Below, piece by piece: positions 15,874 through 23,425 of a DNA stretch of 39,259 bases (within the stretch, counting starts at the first letter, position 1; every line of letters starts with the position of its first letter). Made by a program: the position numbers and the translations under genes. The notes below the pieces were generated by a model that worked only from the letters and a program-made list of their open reading frames with translations, did not search any database and was not told the DNA's origin. The DNA is from Actinomycetota bacterium (GTDB lineage: Bacteria; Actinomycetota; Thermoleophilia; Miltoncostaeales; Miltoncostaeaceae), in NCBI GenBank assembly GCA_005800465.1, contig SYFI01000003.1, positions 1-39,259 on the forward strand, written 5' to 3'.

Positions 15874-17735
15874 CGGGTAGGACCTCCAGTGGTCTCACGG
15901 CGCCGGTCGCGGCGGCGACCGAGCGATGGAAGCGGGCGGCGGCCACGACGGGCCTGCCGCTCATGCTCGCTGGGAATGGGCTTATAGGGACCGGCAGCCA
16001 CTAGGCCACGGCGCACCCTGCGCATCACCAGACCCCCGAGGCTCCAGGTGATTATCAGGATCGCAGCGGCGAGCACCGGGCCGGCGACCCCGCGCCCACC
16101 AGCCAGGGTCGTCTCGATGAGGTACCAGACCGACCCGACGAAGCCGCGGTCGATGCGACCGGACAACCAGACGCACAGAAGCACGATGGGTGTCATGGCG
16201 ATGATGGCGAGCGCCACCACCTGCCACGAACGCCGCGCGCGGGTGACCACCAGCGCCGCGTGGGCCGCCGGAAGGGCGATCACCAGTGCGAATGGACTCA
16301 CGATCCAGAGCACCAGACACACCCCGCCAAGGGCGATGACGCCGGCAGCGGCGCGGGACGCCACCTCGGCATCCCGGCGGATTGCCCGCAGGCGCACGGC
16401 CAGCCAGGTGAGCACGCCGGCACCCACGGCCAGCAGCATTGCCACGACTGCCGGCAGGTCGAATGGCACCGAACCCGCCAGCGGGGGCCATCCGCCGGCT
16501 GCCGACGCCAGCATGCCTGCGGTGGCCAACAGATGGGCCACCAGCATTCCGACCACCAGCGGCAACAGGCGCCACCCGAGGGCGGCGATGAAGGGAAGCA
16601 CGCGCACCCCGGCCCGGCGCAGACGCACTGCCAGATCGAGCGCTCCCACAAAGAGGGGAAGGGCGAGGAGCAGGATGACAATGCGGCTCATCACCGAACG
16701 CAATTCCCGGTCGCCGATGATGAGGCCGGCGGATGGCCGCGACACCGAATCCACCATGTCGAGTGCGCCGAGCAATGTCTCGGCGGTGCGCCCTGACGAT
16801 CCAAGGGCGGCCTCGGTGGCCAGGTTGCCACCCACCGCGGGGCGCTCGGGACGGGAGGCCAGCGATACCGACGGGATACCCGCGGCGATGTAGGCCGCCT
16901 GATCGCCGCTGGTCTGCGGCACACCCATTGCGGCGATCTGGGGGAATGGGCCGGGGGCATTGGCAACGCTGGCGCCCGCACGGCCGGCGGCCTGCACGGC
17001 TGCAGCGCCGAGTGCCAGCGCACGTCGACCGTCCCGGCCGTCGTCCCAGATGTGCAGGGCCCCCGGATTACCGGCCGGATCATCCAGCGAAATGGCGGCC
17101 TCGACCGGCACCCGGTTAAACCGCTCCGCGAACCAGCGTGCGCCGGCGTTGCCGATGGTGGACCCGCCCGTTGACACCACAAGGACGGGGCGCTCGCGCG
17201 CCACCGTGCCAAGTGCCCGTGCCAACTGCACCAGCACAGCTGAGCCGCTCTCGCCCCCGATCACGCCAGGTGGGGTGTCGCGGGGGGCCGAGATGATAAG
17301 GGCATGGCGCGACGAGATGCCGCTGGGTGCTGGTAACGAGACGTAGACGTTCTGGGTGGTGATACGACCACCGGGTGTGGTGACCAAGAACACCTGACGC
17401 CGTACCGCCGTGGCACCCGGCACGCCCTCGAACTGGGTCACCATCCAGTCTGCGGCACGTTGATCCCCCGACGTGCCCGGCACCCGCTGCGGTGCGACCC
17501 CGTTCAGGTCGGCGGCCAGCCCACGTGCGGCAATGGCGTCGAACGCCGGGGGCAGCGGAGGTTCGGGTGCGCCTCCCGGCGATTCAAGGGTAAGCAGGGC
17601 GACGAGCAGGGCGACGAGCGCCACCAGCCACGAGAGCCGATAAAGGCGGCCATTCAGCACCGGGGAAGTATCGCACCACGATCCTTCCGACCCCCTCTGC
17701 CCCATGCACGGCGCGTTGCGGTCTCTCTCGGGCAC
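15870..17735 (-). CDS. Membrane protein: N-terminal anchor, extracytoplasmic M28-peptidase-like domain (apparently degenerate), C-terminal polytopic domain
   Basis: The region QNVYVSLP..ALIISAPRD..GGESGSAVLVQLARAL..PVLVVSTGGSTIGNAGARWF..ISLDD..SGDQAAYIAAGIPSV follows the order of M28 motifs, but the usual His/Asp/Glu-Glu/His positions are substituted. About 8-9 TM helices follow. The start may be downstream (ATG 17705 or GTG 17660). Confidence 0.55.
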   Translation of the reverse strand: MPERDRNAPCMGQRGSEGSWCDTSPVLNGRLYRLSWLVALVALLVALLTLESPGGAPEPPLPPAFDAIAARGLAADLNGVAPQRVPGTSGDQRAADWMVTQFEGVPGATAVRRQVFLVTTPGGRITTQNVYVSLPAPSGISSRHALIISAPRDTPPGVIGGESGSAVLVQLARALGTVARERPVLVVSTGGSTIGNAGARWFAERFNRVPVEAAISLDDPAGNPGALHIWDDGRDGRRALALGAAAVQAAGRAGASVANAPGPFPQIAAMGVPQTSGDQAAYIAAGIPSVSLASRPERPAVGGNLATEAALGSSGRTAETLLGALDMVDSVSRPSAGLIIGDRELRSVMSRIVILLLALPLFVGALDLAVRLRRAGVRVLPFIAALGWRLLPLVVGMLVAHLLATAGMLASAAGGWPPLAGSVPFDLPAVVAMLLAVGAGVLTWLAVRLRAIRRDAEVASRAAAGVIALGGVCLVLWIVSPFALVIALPAAHAALVVTRARRSWQVVALAIIAMTPIVLLCVWLSGRIDRGFVGSVWYLIETTLAGGRGVAGPVLAAAILIITWSLGGLVMRRVRRGLVAAGPYKPIPSEHERQARRGRRPLPSLGRRRDRRRETTGGPTR

Positions 17736-17744
17736 GATGTGGGT

Positions 17745-19229
17745 ATGGAGACACCACCGCTCATCCTCGTATCCAATCGTGGCCCGGTTGTCTTTGTGGA
17801 CGACGGCGCGGGTGGCACCACGATGGTGCGTTCGGGCGGTGGACTTGTGACCGCGCTCTCAGGGCTGGTCAACGTGACGCCCGCCGTGTGGATCTCGGCC
17901 GCCATTGAGAGCGGAGACGCCCGGGTTCAGCACGAAAGCGGCGGCGAGGTGCGCATCCCAGGGCTCGGAGTGGACACCCGCGGGCGTTTCGTGGAGATGG
18001 ACCCCGACGTCTACGAGCAGTACTACAACGTAGTGGCGAACCCGATGCTGTGGTTCATCCAGCACTACCTCTGGGACCTCTCAAACGTGCCGGACATCCG
18101 CGTGGAGGAGTTCGCGGCGTGGGAGGACGGCTATCTCGCCGCCAACCGCCTGTTCGCCGACGCCGTGGTTGGCGCCCTCGCTGATCACCCGGGTGCCGTG
18201 GTCATGCTGCACGACTACCACCTGTACACCGCCCCCGGAATCGTCCGCGAGCGTGTCCCAAATGCCTTCCTGCACTTCTTCGTGCACATCCCGTGGCCGC
18301 AGCCCGACTACTGGCGCGTGCTGCCCACGGTCATCCGCGACAAGGTGATCGAAGGCCTTCTGGCCAACGACATCGTTGCCTTTCACACCGAGCGGTACGC
18401 GCGCAACTTCCTGCTCTCGTGCGAGGACCTGCTGGGGCTCGAGGTGGATTACGCGAAAATGTCTGTCGCCTACCGTGGGCGCTGGGTGCGTGTGCGGCAC
18501 TACCCCATCTCAATCGATGCCGACAGATTCATCGATCTCGCTGCCAGCAAGGCCGTGGCAACAGAGGAGGCCCAGTTCCTCAGGCGTCGGCGACGCAGCC
18601 TGGTGGTGCGGGTGGACCGCACCGACCTGTCCAAGAACATCCTGCGGGGCTTCACCGCGTTCGATCTCTTTCTGGATCGGCACCCGGAGTTTCACGAGGA
18701 GATCACGTTCTTCGCCATGCTCCAGCCCTCGCGCCAGGACGTGCCGGAATATGTGGAGTACGTCAACCGCATCACCGACATCGTGAGCAGCATCAACACC
18801 AAGCACGGCAATACCGACTGGATGCCGATCGACCTCAGGTTCGAGAGCAACCTCCCGCTGGCGGTCACCGCGTACAAGCACTTCGACGTGATGATGGTGA
18901 ACTCGATCTTTGACGGCATGAACCTGGTGGCCAAGGAAGCCCCGCTGGTCAACGAGCGCGACGGGGTGCTCATCCTCAGCGAAAACGTGGGTGCCTACGA
19001 GGAGATCGGTGCGTTCGCCATCGGCGTCAACCCCTTTGACATCGAGGCGCAGGCCGAGGCGCTGCACACCGCACTCACCATGCCCCGCACCGAGCGGCGC
19101 GGGCGTGCCGAGGCCATCCGCCAGGTGGTGATGGAAAACGACATCGCCAAGTGGCTCACCACGCAGTTGACTGACATCGAGGAGGCGCGTGGCGAATCAG
19201 TGCTGCCGCCCGGGGCCGACGCCCCGTAA
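17745..19229 (+). CDS. otsA: Alpha,alpha-trehalose-phosphate synthase (GT20)
   Basis: LILVSNRGP, GGLVTAL, NPMLWFIQHYLW, MLHDYHLY, FFVHIPWP, VDRTDLSKNI, MVNSIFDGMNLVAKE. The part of ORF 17460..19229 upstream of ATG 17745 is antisense to the neighbouring gene. Confidence 0.9.
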   Translation: METPPLILVSNRGPVVFVDDGAGGTTMVRSGGGLVTALSGLVNVTPAVWISAAIESGDARVQHESGGEVRIPGLGVDTRGRFVEMDPDVYEQYYNVVANPMLWFIQHYLWDLSNVPDIRVEEFAAWEDGYLAANRLFADAVVGALADHPGAVVMLHDYHLYTAPGIVRERVPNAFLHFFVHIPWPQPDYWRVLPTVIRDKVIEGLLANDIVAFHTERYARNFLLSCEDLLGLEVDYAKMSVAYRGRWVRVRHYPISIDADRFIDLAASKAVATEEAQFLRRRRRSLVVRVDRTDLSKNILRGFTAFDLFLDRHPEFHEEITFFAMLQPSRQDVPEYVEYVNRITDIVSSINTKHGNTDWMPIDLRFESNLPLAVTAYKHFDVMMVNSIFDGMNLVAKEAPLVNERDGVLILSENVGAYEEIGAFAIGVNPFDIEAQAEALHTALTMPRTERRGRAEAIRQVVMENDIAKWLTTQLTDIEEARGESVLPPGADAP

Positions 19230-19308
19230 ACACGCCGGACCGCATGTGGAGTGCCCACTGTGCCCGAGCAATACGCCGTCGGGATGCTGGACGGCGATGG
19301 CCATGACG

Positions 19309-19343
19309 CGTGACACGAGACCCCCGGTGTCGCGTGTCACGCG
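19309..19343. promoter_or_regulatory. Two copies of a CGTG-N-CACG palindrome 24 bp apart, upstream of the LLM gene / super-operon
   Basis: CGTGACACG at 19309-19317 and CGCGTGTCACGCG (perfect 13-bp palindrome) at 19331-19343. The second ends 24 nt before ATG 19367. The two copies can also pair with each other as an 11-13 bp hairpin. No T-tract follows. Confidence 0.4.
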
Positions 19344-19366
19344 GGGCCTCCGCTAGCCTCGCCGCG

Positions 19367-20500
19367 ATGTCGCGACCCCTTGAGATCTCGTGCATGGGCC
19401 CCGCGCGGCCGCCATCGCAGGCGGCCGTGGGTGCTGCCGCACGCCGCGAGGCCGACGGCTACAACGCCATGTGGTGGGCCGACCACCTGCTGCACTGGTT
19501 CCCCATGGGCATCTGGGATCCCGCGCTGGTGCCTCAGGCCGCCGCGCAGCCCAGCCCGCACGTGTGGTTCGACCCGGTGCCGGTCATCGCGCAGTCGGCC
19601 CTCTCCACCGAGCGCATCAGGCTCGGAGTCGGCGTCACCGATCTGGTGCGGCGCAACCCGGCCAGCCTGGCGCAGACGGCCCTCACGCTCGACCACCTGA
19701 CCGGCGGCAGGTTCATGCTGGGCATTGGCACCGGCGAAGAGCTCAATCTCGGCCCGTACGGAATGACCAATGCCCGGCCACTCAGGCGACTTGAGGAGGG
19801 AATCGAAGTGATCCGCCTGCTCATGTCGGACCCGGGACCCGTGGACTATGCCGGCGAGGTATTCACGCTCGAGGGTGCCTGCATGGGCGTGCGCCCGGTC
19901 GGCGACCGCCCGCCTCCCATCTGGGTTGGCGCACACCGGCCCAAGGGCCTCGCACTGGTGGGGCGCCTCGCCGACGGCTGGCTGCCCCTCGCCACAGATG
20001 TGGATGACTATTCGGCCATGCTCGCGCACGTGCGCACCGCGCAGGCGGCCGCGGGCCGTGCACTGGGTGACGTCACCGCCGGGGCCTACTGCCGCGTCGT
20101 GGTGGCCGACTCGCGTGACGGCGCCCGGGACGTCATCCTGAACTCACTGCTCTTCCGATTCATCGCGCTCACCCGTCCATCCGAGGCATTCGAGGCCGCT
20201 GGCGTTGACCACCCGCTGGGAAAGGGTGTATTCGGCATCACCAAATTGCAGCCCATGGCCATCGGTCGCCACGAGGCACTGGCACTGGCCGCGGCGGTGC
20301 CAGATGAGGTGCTTTTCGGCACCGTCATCCATGGCACACCCGACGACATCGCCAGCGGCGTACGTGCCCTCGCAGATGCTGGGGCGGAGCACGTGCAGCT
20401 CACAAACATGACACCGCTGTGCGACCCATCGCGCGCCGCCGCCAGCGAGGCGCTGCTCGGCGAGGCAGTTGCGACGATCCGATCAGGGGATTCCACATGA
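19367..20500 (+). CDS. LLM-class (luciferase-like) flavin/F420-dependent oxidoreductase
   Basis: GYNAMWWADHLL, IRLGVGVTDLVRRNPASLAQTALTLDHLTGGRFMLGIGTGE, TPDDIASGVRALADAGAEHVQL are typical of LLM family members. Start taken as ATG 19367; GTG 19310 or 19334 cannot be excluded. Confidence 0.85.
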   Translation: MSRPLEISCMGPARPPSQAAVGAAARREADGYNAMWWADHLLHWFPMGIWDPALVPQAAAQPSPHVWFDPVPVIAQSALSTERIRLGVGVTDLVRRNPASLAQTALTLDHLTGGRFMLGIGTGEELNLGPYGMTNARPLRRLEEGIEVIRLLMSDPGPVDYAGEVFTLEGACMGVRPVGDRPPPIWVGAHRPKGLALVGRLADGWLPLATDVDDYSAMLAHVRTAQAAAGRALGDVTAGAYCRVVVADSRDGARDVILNSLLFRFIALTRPSEAFEAAGVDHPLGKGVFGITKLQPMAIGRHEALALAAAVPDEVLFGTVIHGTPDDIASGVRALADAGAEHVQLTNMTPLCDPSRAAASEALLGEAVATIRSGDST

Positions 20501-21543
20501 AGCGACGCGCCGCACTTGGACTTCTGGCCATTACCGGAGCGGCTGGCCTTGCACTGACGGGCTCGGCACAGGCGGCCAATATCGTCCTGGGTGGCTGGGG
20601 CAGCATCACTGCCGACATCGGTGGTGGTGCACTGGTGTGGAGCGATACCGCACCCGCCAAGACGGCCACCTTTACCTACTGGCGCACCGACACCGGCCGT
20701 GCGGCCTTCAGCGGATCCATCGGCAAAGCGACGAAGCCGGTGGTCATCCGTACCAGCGCGGGAATCTCCACCGGTGCACGGGTTCGGGCGACGGGAACTG
20801 ACAGGGGCTACGTCACCATCGCCCCGGGTGCCGCATATGCCGGGCCGATCATCTGGTGCTGCGATTCCGAAAGCGCCGAGGTTGTGGTGTCGAGCGATGG
20901 CCGCGATGGCGCGCCGTCGCCAGCTGGGGCCGGGCTCGATGGCAGTCGCGTGCGATGGATTGCGGGCAGCGCATCGGGTGCGGTACTCGGCAGCGCGAGC
21001 CCCGTGGAGGGTGATCTGCGCGCAACCTCGGTATCGATTCCTGGCAACACGGGTCCGGGCCTCGCGTCGATCGCCACCGGCGTGGCCGCATGGGCCGATA
21101 GGGGTGCCACGGCGATCTCGATCGGTATTCCTGGTGACGACGGTGTGAGCGGCTTGCGCGGCGTGGCGCAGGGCGGCATCGTAAAGAGCGTGTTCGCCAC
21201 CCCGGCGTTTGTCGTGACCGTGGTGAAGAGCGGCAGCCGCGCCAAGGTGGTGCGTACAGACGTTGCCTCGGGCACAGCACGCACCGTGTGGAGCGGGTCC
21301 GGAACCCCCGTGCTGGCTACCGGTGGCGCTGCAATTGTGATCGGGACCGGAAGCAAAGTTTTGTCCAGCAGGGGCGGCGCCAAGGCCAGGGCCGCGGGCA
21401 CCGCCAAGGGCATCGTGGCTGCACTTGCCACCGACGGCACGCGCATTGTGGTGTTTGAGCGCATCACCAGAAAGGTCACCGTGAAGAAGCGCACGACGAA
21501 TGTGAAGAGCACGGTTGTCCGCGTGCTGGGGAGCGTTCGATGA
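20497..21543 (+). CDS. Secreted hypothetical protein (Sec signal peptide)
   Basis: MKRRAALGLLAITGAAGLALTGSAQA|AN signal peptide, followed by a Gly/Ala/Ser/Thr-rich, beta-strand-like sequence. ATG overlaps the LLM stop (ATGA 20497-20500). No family recognised. Confidence 0.65.
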   Translation: MKRRAALGLLAITGAAGLALTGSAQAANIVLGGWGSITADIGGGALVWSDTAPAKTATFTYWRTDTGRAAFSGSIGKATKPVVIRTSAGISTGARVRATGTDRGYVTIAPGAAYAGPIIWCCDSESAEVVVSSDGRDGAPSPAGAGLDGSRVRWIAGSASGAVLGSASPVEGDLRATSVSIPGNTGPGLASIATGVAAWADRGATAISIGIPGDDGVSGLRGVAQGGIVKSVFATPAFVVTVVKSGSRAKVVRTDVASGTARTVWSGSGTPVLATGGAAIVIGTGSKVLSSRGGAKARAAGTAKGIVAALATDGTRIVVFERITRKVTVKKRTTNVKSTVVRVLGSVR

Positions 21544-22649
21544 GGTGGTTGCGTATGGCACTCGCCATTGCCGCCGCCATCGCGGTGACCCCGGCGATGG
21601 GCGCCCAGATGGCAATTCAGGACGACCAGCTGCCCAACATGTCGGGCGCCGCGCTCGAGCAGCGGCTCGACCTGCTGCAGAGCACGGGCACCACCATCAC
21701 CCGGGTGGACATCCTGTGGGGATTCGTTGCCCCCACGCGCCCGGCTGATGCATCCGACCCCGGAGACCCGGCCTACGACTGGACCCGCTACGACGCCATC
21801 ATCACAGGCCTGCGTGCGCGCGACATCACGCCCATCGTGGACTTCGCGTGGACACCCACGTGGGGGTCGTCCTCGGGCAAGCGCAACGCGGCACCGCGCA
21901 CGGCCGACGGCGCAGCATTTGCCGCCGCGATCGCGCGCCGGTACAACGGCACGTGGCCCGACGGCAAGGGCGGCACCCTTCCGTTGGTGCGCCACATCGA
22001 GGTGTGGAACGAGCCCAACATCGCCACGTACTGGTACCCGCAGTGCCGGCGTCAGGGTGGGCGCTATGTGCTCGACTCGGCGCGGGCATACTCCGCACTG
22101 CTGGCCGCCTCATACACGCAGATCAAGGCTGTGAGCCCCACGGCAATCGTCATCGGGGGCGTCACCGGCCCGGTGGGTGAATCCTCCTGTAATTCGGCCG
22201 ACTCATCGGTGGGCACGCTGACATTCGCAAAGGAGATGGTGCGAAACCGCGTGCCACTCGACGCGTGGAGCATGCACCTGTACCCAATCGGATCACCCAC
22301 GCAGGCGTACTTCGTGCCGTCGTGGAAGACGATCCCGCAGATCCAGTCGCTGGTGGATAGGCTGTCGCCCGGTGCGCCCATCTATGTGACGGAGAACGGG
22401 TATCACACGTCGTACAACCGCTATCACCGCTACTTCGTGAGCGAGTTCCAGCAGGCCTCGTGGCTCACGCAGACGCAGGTGGTGGCGAACCGGTATCCCC
22501 GTGTGGAAGTGGCCATGTGGTTCAACCTTCAGGACAATCCGTACTGGACGGGCGGTCTCCTTCGTGACGACCTCACGCAGAAGCCCGCTTGGCGCGCCTT
22601 CCGTCAGGCGACCGCTGGCCAGTCGCGACCGGCGGAATGGAGTCGATGA
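21540..22649 (+). CDS. Secreted glycoside hydrolase, clan GH-A (GH5/GH39-like TIM barrel)
   Basis: Signal peptide MRWLRMALAIAAAIAVTPAMGA. HIEVWNEPN (acid/base Glu in the NEP motif) and IYVTENGYH (nucleophile Glu) occur at the expected spacing. ATGA overlap with the upstream gene. Confidence 0.75.
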   Translation: MRWLRMALAIAAAIAVTPAMGAQMAIQDDQLPNMSGAALEQRLDLLQSTGTTITRVDILWGFVAPTRPADASDPGDPAYDWTRYDAIITGLRARDITPIVDFAWTPTWGSSSGKRNAAPRTADGAAFAAAIARRYNGTWPDGKGGTLPLVRHIEVWNEPNIATYWYPQCRRQGGRYVLDSARAYSALLAASYTQIKAVSPTAIVIGGVTGPVGESSCNSADSSVGTLTFAKEMVRNRVPLDAWSMHLYPIGSPTQAYFVPSWKTIPQIQSLVDRLSPGAPIYVTENGYHTSYNRYHRYFVSEFQQASWLTQTQVVANRYPRVEVAMWFNLQDNPYWTGGLLRDDLTQKPAWRAFRQATAGQSRPAEWSR

Positions 22650-23425
22650 CCGACCACCGGGATGAGCGCACGGACGAGCGACTGGACGATGTCCGGGCGT
22701 ACTACGACCGCATCGCGCCGCGCCTGCGCGCGGTGGAGCAGGAGAACTGGCACCTGCAGAGCCGCATGTCATGCGTGCTCGCCACAATTGACCAGCACGG
22801 TCCGGGGCCGGGTGGCCGCGTGCTCGACGTGGGCTGCGGCGGGGGATTCCTGCTGGAGGAGCTCGCCCGACGCGGGTACTCGGGTGTGGGAATCGACCTG
22901 TCGCCTGAGTCTGTGGAGATCGCCCGTACCCGCCTCACGGACCTGGGCGCTGCCGATCGCCTGGACGCCGTGGTGGGCAGCGCATATGAGCCACCCGAGG
23001 GGCCGTACGACCTGGTCACACTCACCGACGTGCTCGAGCACCTGGAGGACCCGCGTGCCTGCCTGCGTGCGCTGCGCACGCAGATGGCGCCGGGTGGTCT
23101 GCTTGTTATCTCCACGCCCAATCGCCGCAGCCTTCCCGGGGCCCGGCGCTGGATGTCGGAGCACGGCGTTCCCGGCATCAAGTTGAGCCTGGCCCCCATT
23201 GACAACTGGCAGTCGTGGGTGGATCTCGAGTCGCACGCGGCAGCGGCGGGCATGGTGCCGGTAAGCAAGCGCGGCATCTTCTTTCGCCCCGGCGGAAAGA
23301 TTGGGTCGCAGATCGGTCGCGTGTACAAGTTCGCATCGGTACGTAAGGGCGAGAAGAAACTGTCCGCCACCCCTGTGGGGCGCTTCGGCTTCTACATCGT
23401 GCTGGGCTTCCGGCCCCTTCCCTGA
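22646..23425 (+). CDS. Class I SAM-dependent methyltransferase
   Basis: Motif I RVLDVGCGGGFLLEEL, motif II GVGIDLS, post-II DLVTLTDVLEHLEDP, LLVISTPN. ATG 22646 overlaps the upstream TGA (an alternative ATG is at 22637). Confidence 0.9.
   Translation: MTDHRDERTDERLDDVRAYYDRIAPRLRAVEQENWHLQSRMSCVLATIDQHGPGPGGRVLDVGCGGGFLLEELARRGYSGVGIDLSPESVEIARTRLTDLGAADRLDAVVGSAYEPPEGPYDLVTLTDVLEHLEDPRACLRALRTQMAPGGLLVISTPNRRSLPGARRWMSEHGVPGIKLSLAPIDNWQSWVDLESHAAAAGMVPVSKRGIFFRPGGKIGSQIGRVYKFASVRKGEKKLSATPVGRFGFYIVLGFRPLP

Noticed and set aside
17460-17744. N-terminal extensions of real genes suggested by the ORF track: otsA from 17460, the deacetylase-GT4 fusion from 30370, ATP-grasp from 29441 and 34881, PGT from 34043, GT4 from 25628 and 28182, the secreted protein from 20419, the methyltransferase from 22589, the CsoR-like gene from 4831, and the membrane protein from 6689
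   Set aside because: The extensions overlap the preceding gene and are compositionally junk. In nearly every case an internal ATG, GTG or TTG forms a 1-11 nt overlap with the upstream stop, and recognisable family sequence begins right after it.
19230-19366. Possible tRNA or small RNA gene in the largest intergenic gap
   Set aside because: I could build no cloverleaf and found no T-loop GTTCGAATC-like box. The only structure is the paired palindromes, which are reported as a regulatory candidate.
20086-21615. 509-aa minus-strand ORF, and other long ORFs of the same kind: 481..1557(+), 3393..4400(-), 5097..5852(+), 24693..25772(-), 28062..29156(-), 33336..34421(-), 34800..36395(-), 36103..37305(-), 10704..11507(-), 38013..38690(-), 38279..39214(+)
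   Set aside because: These are typical high-GC shadow ORFs. They are Arg/Gly/His/Pro/Cys-rich, lack family motifs and hydrophobic periodicity, and each lies antisense to or out of frame with a gene that has clear family signatures.
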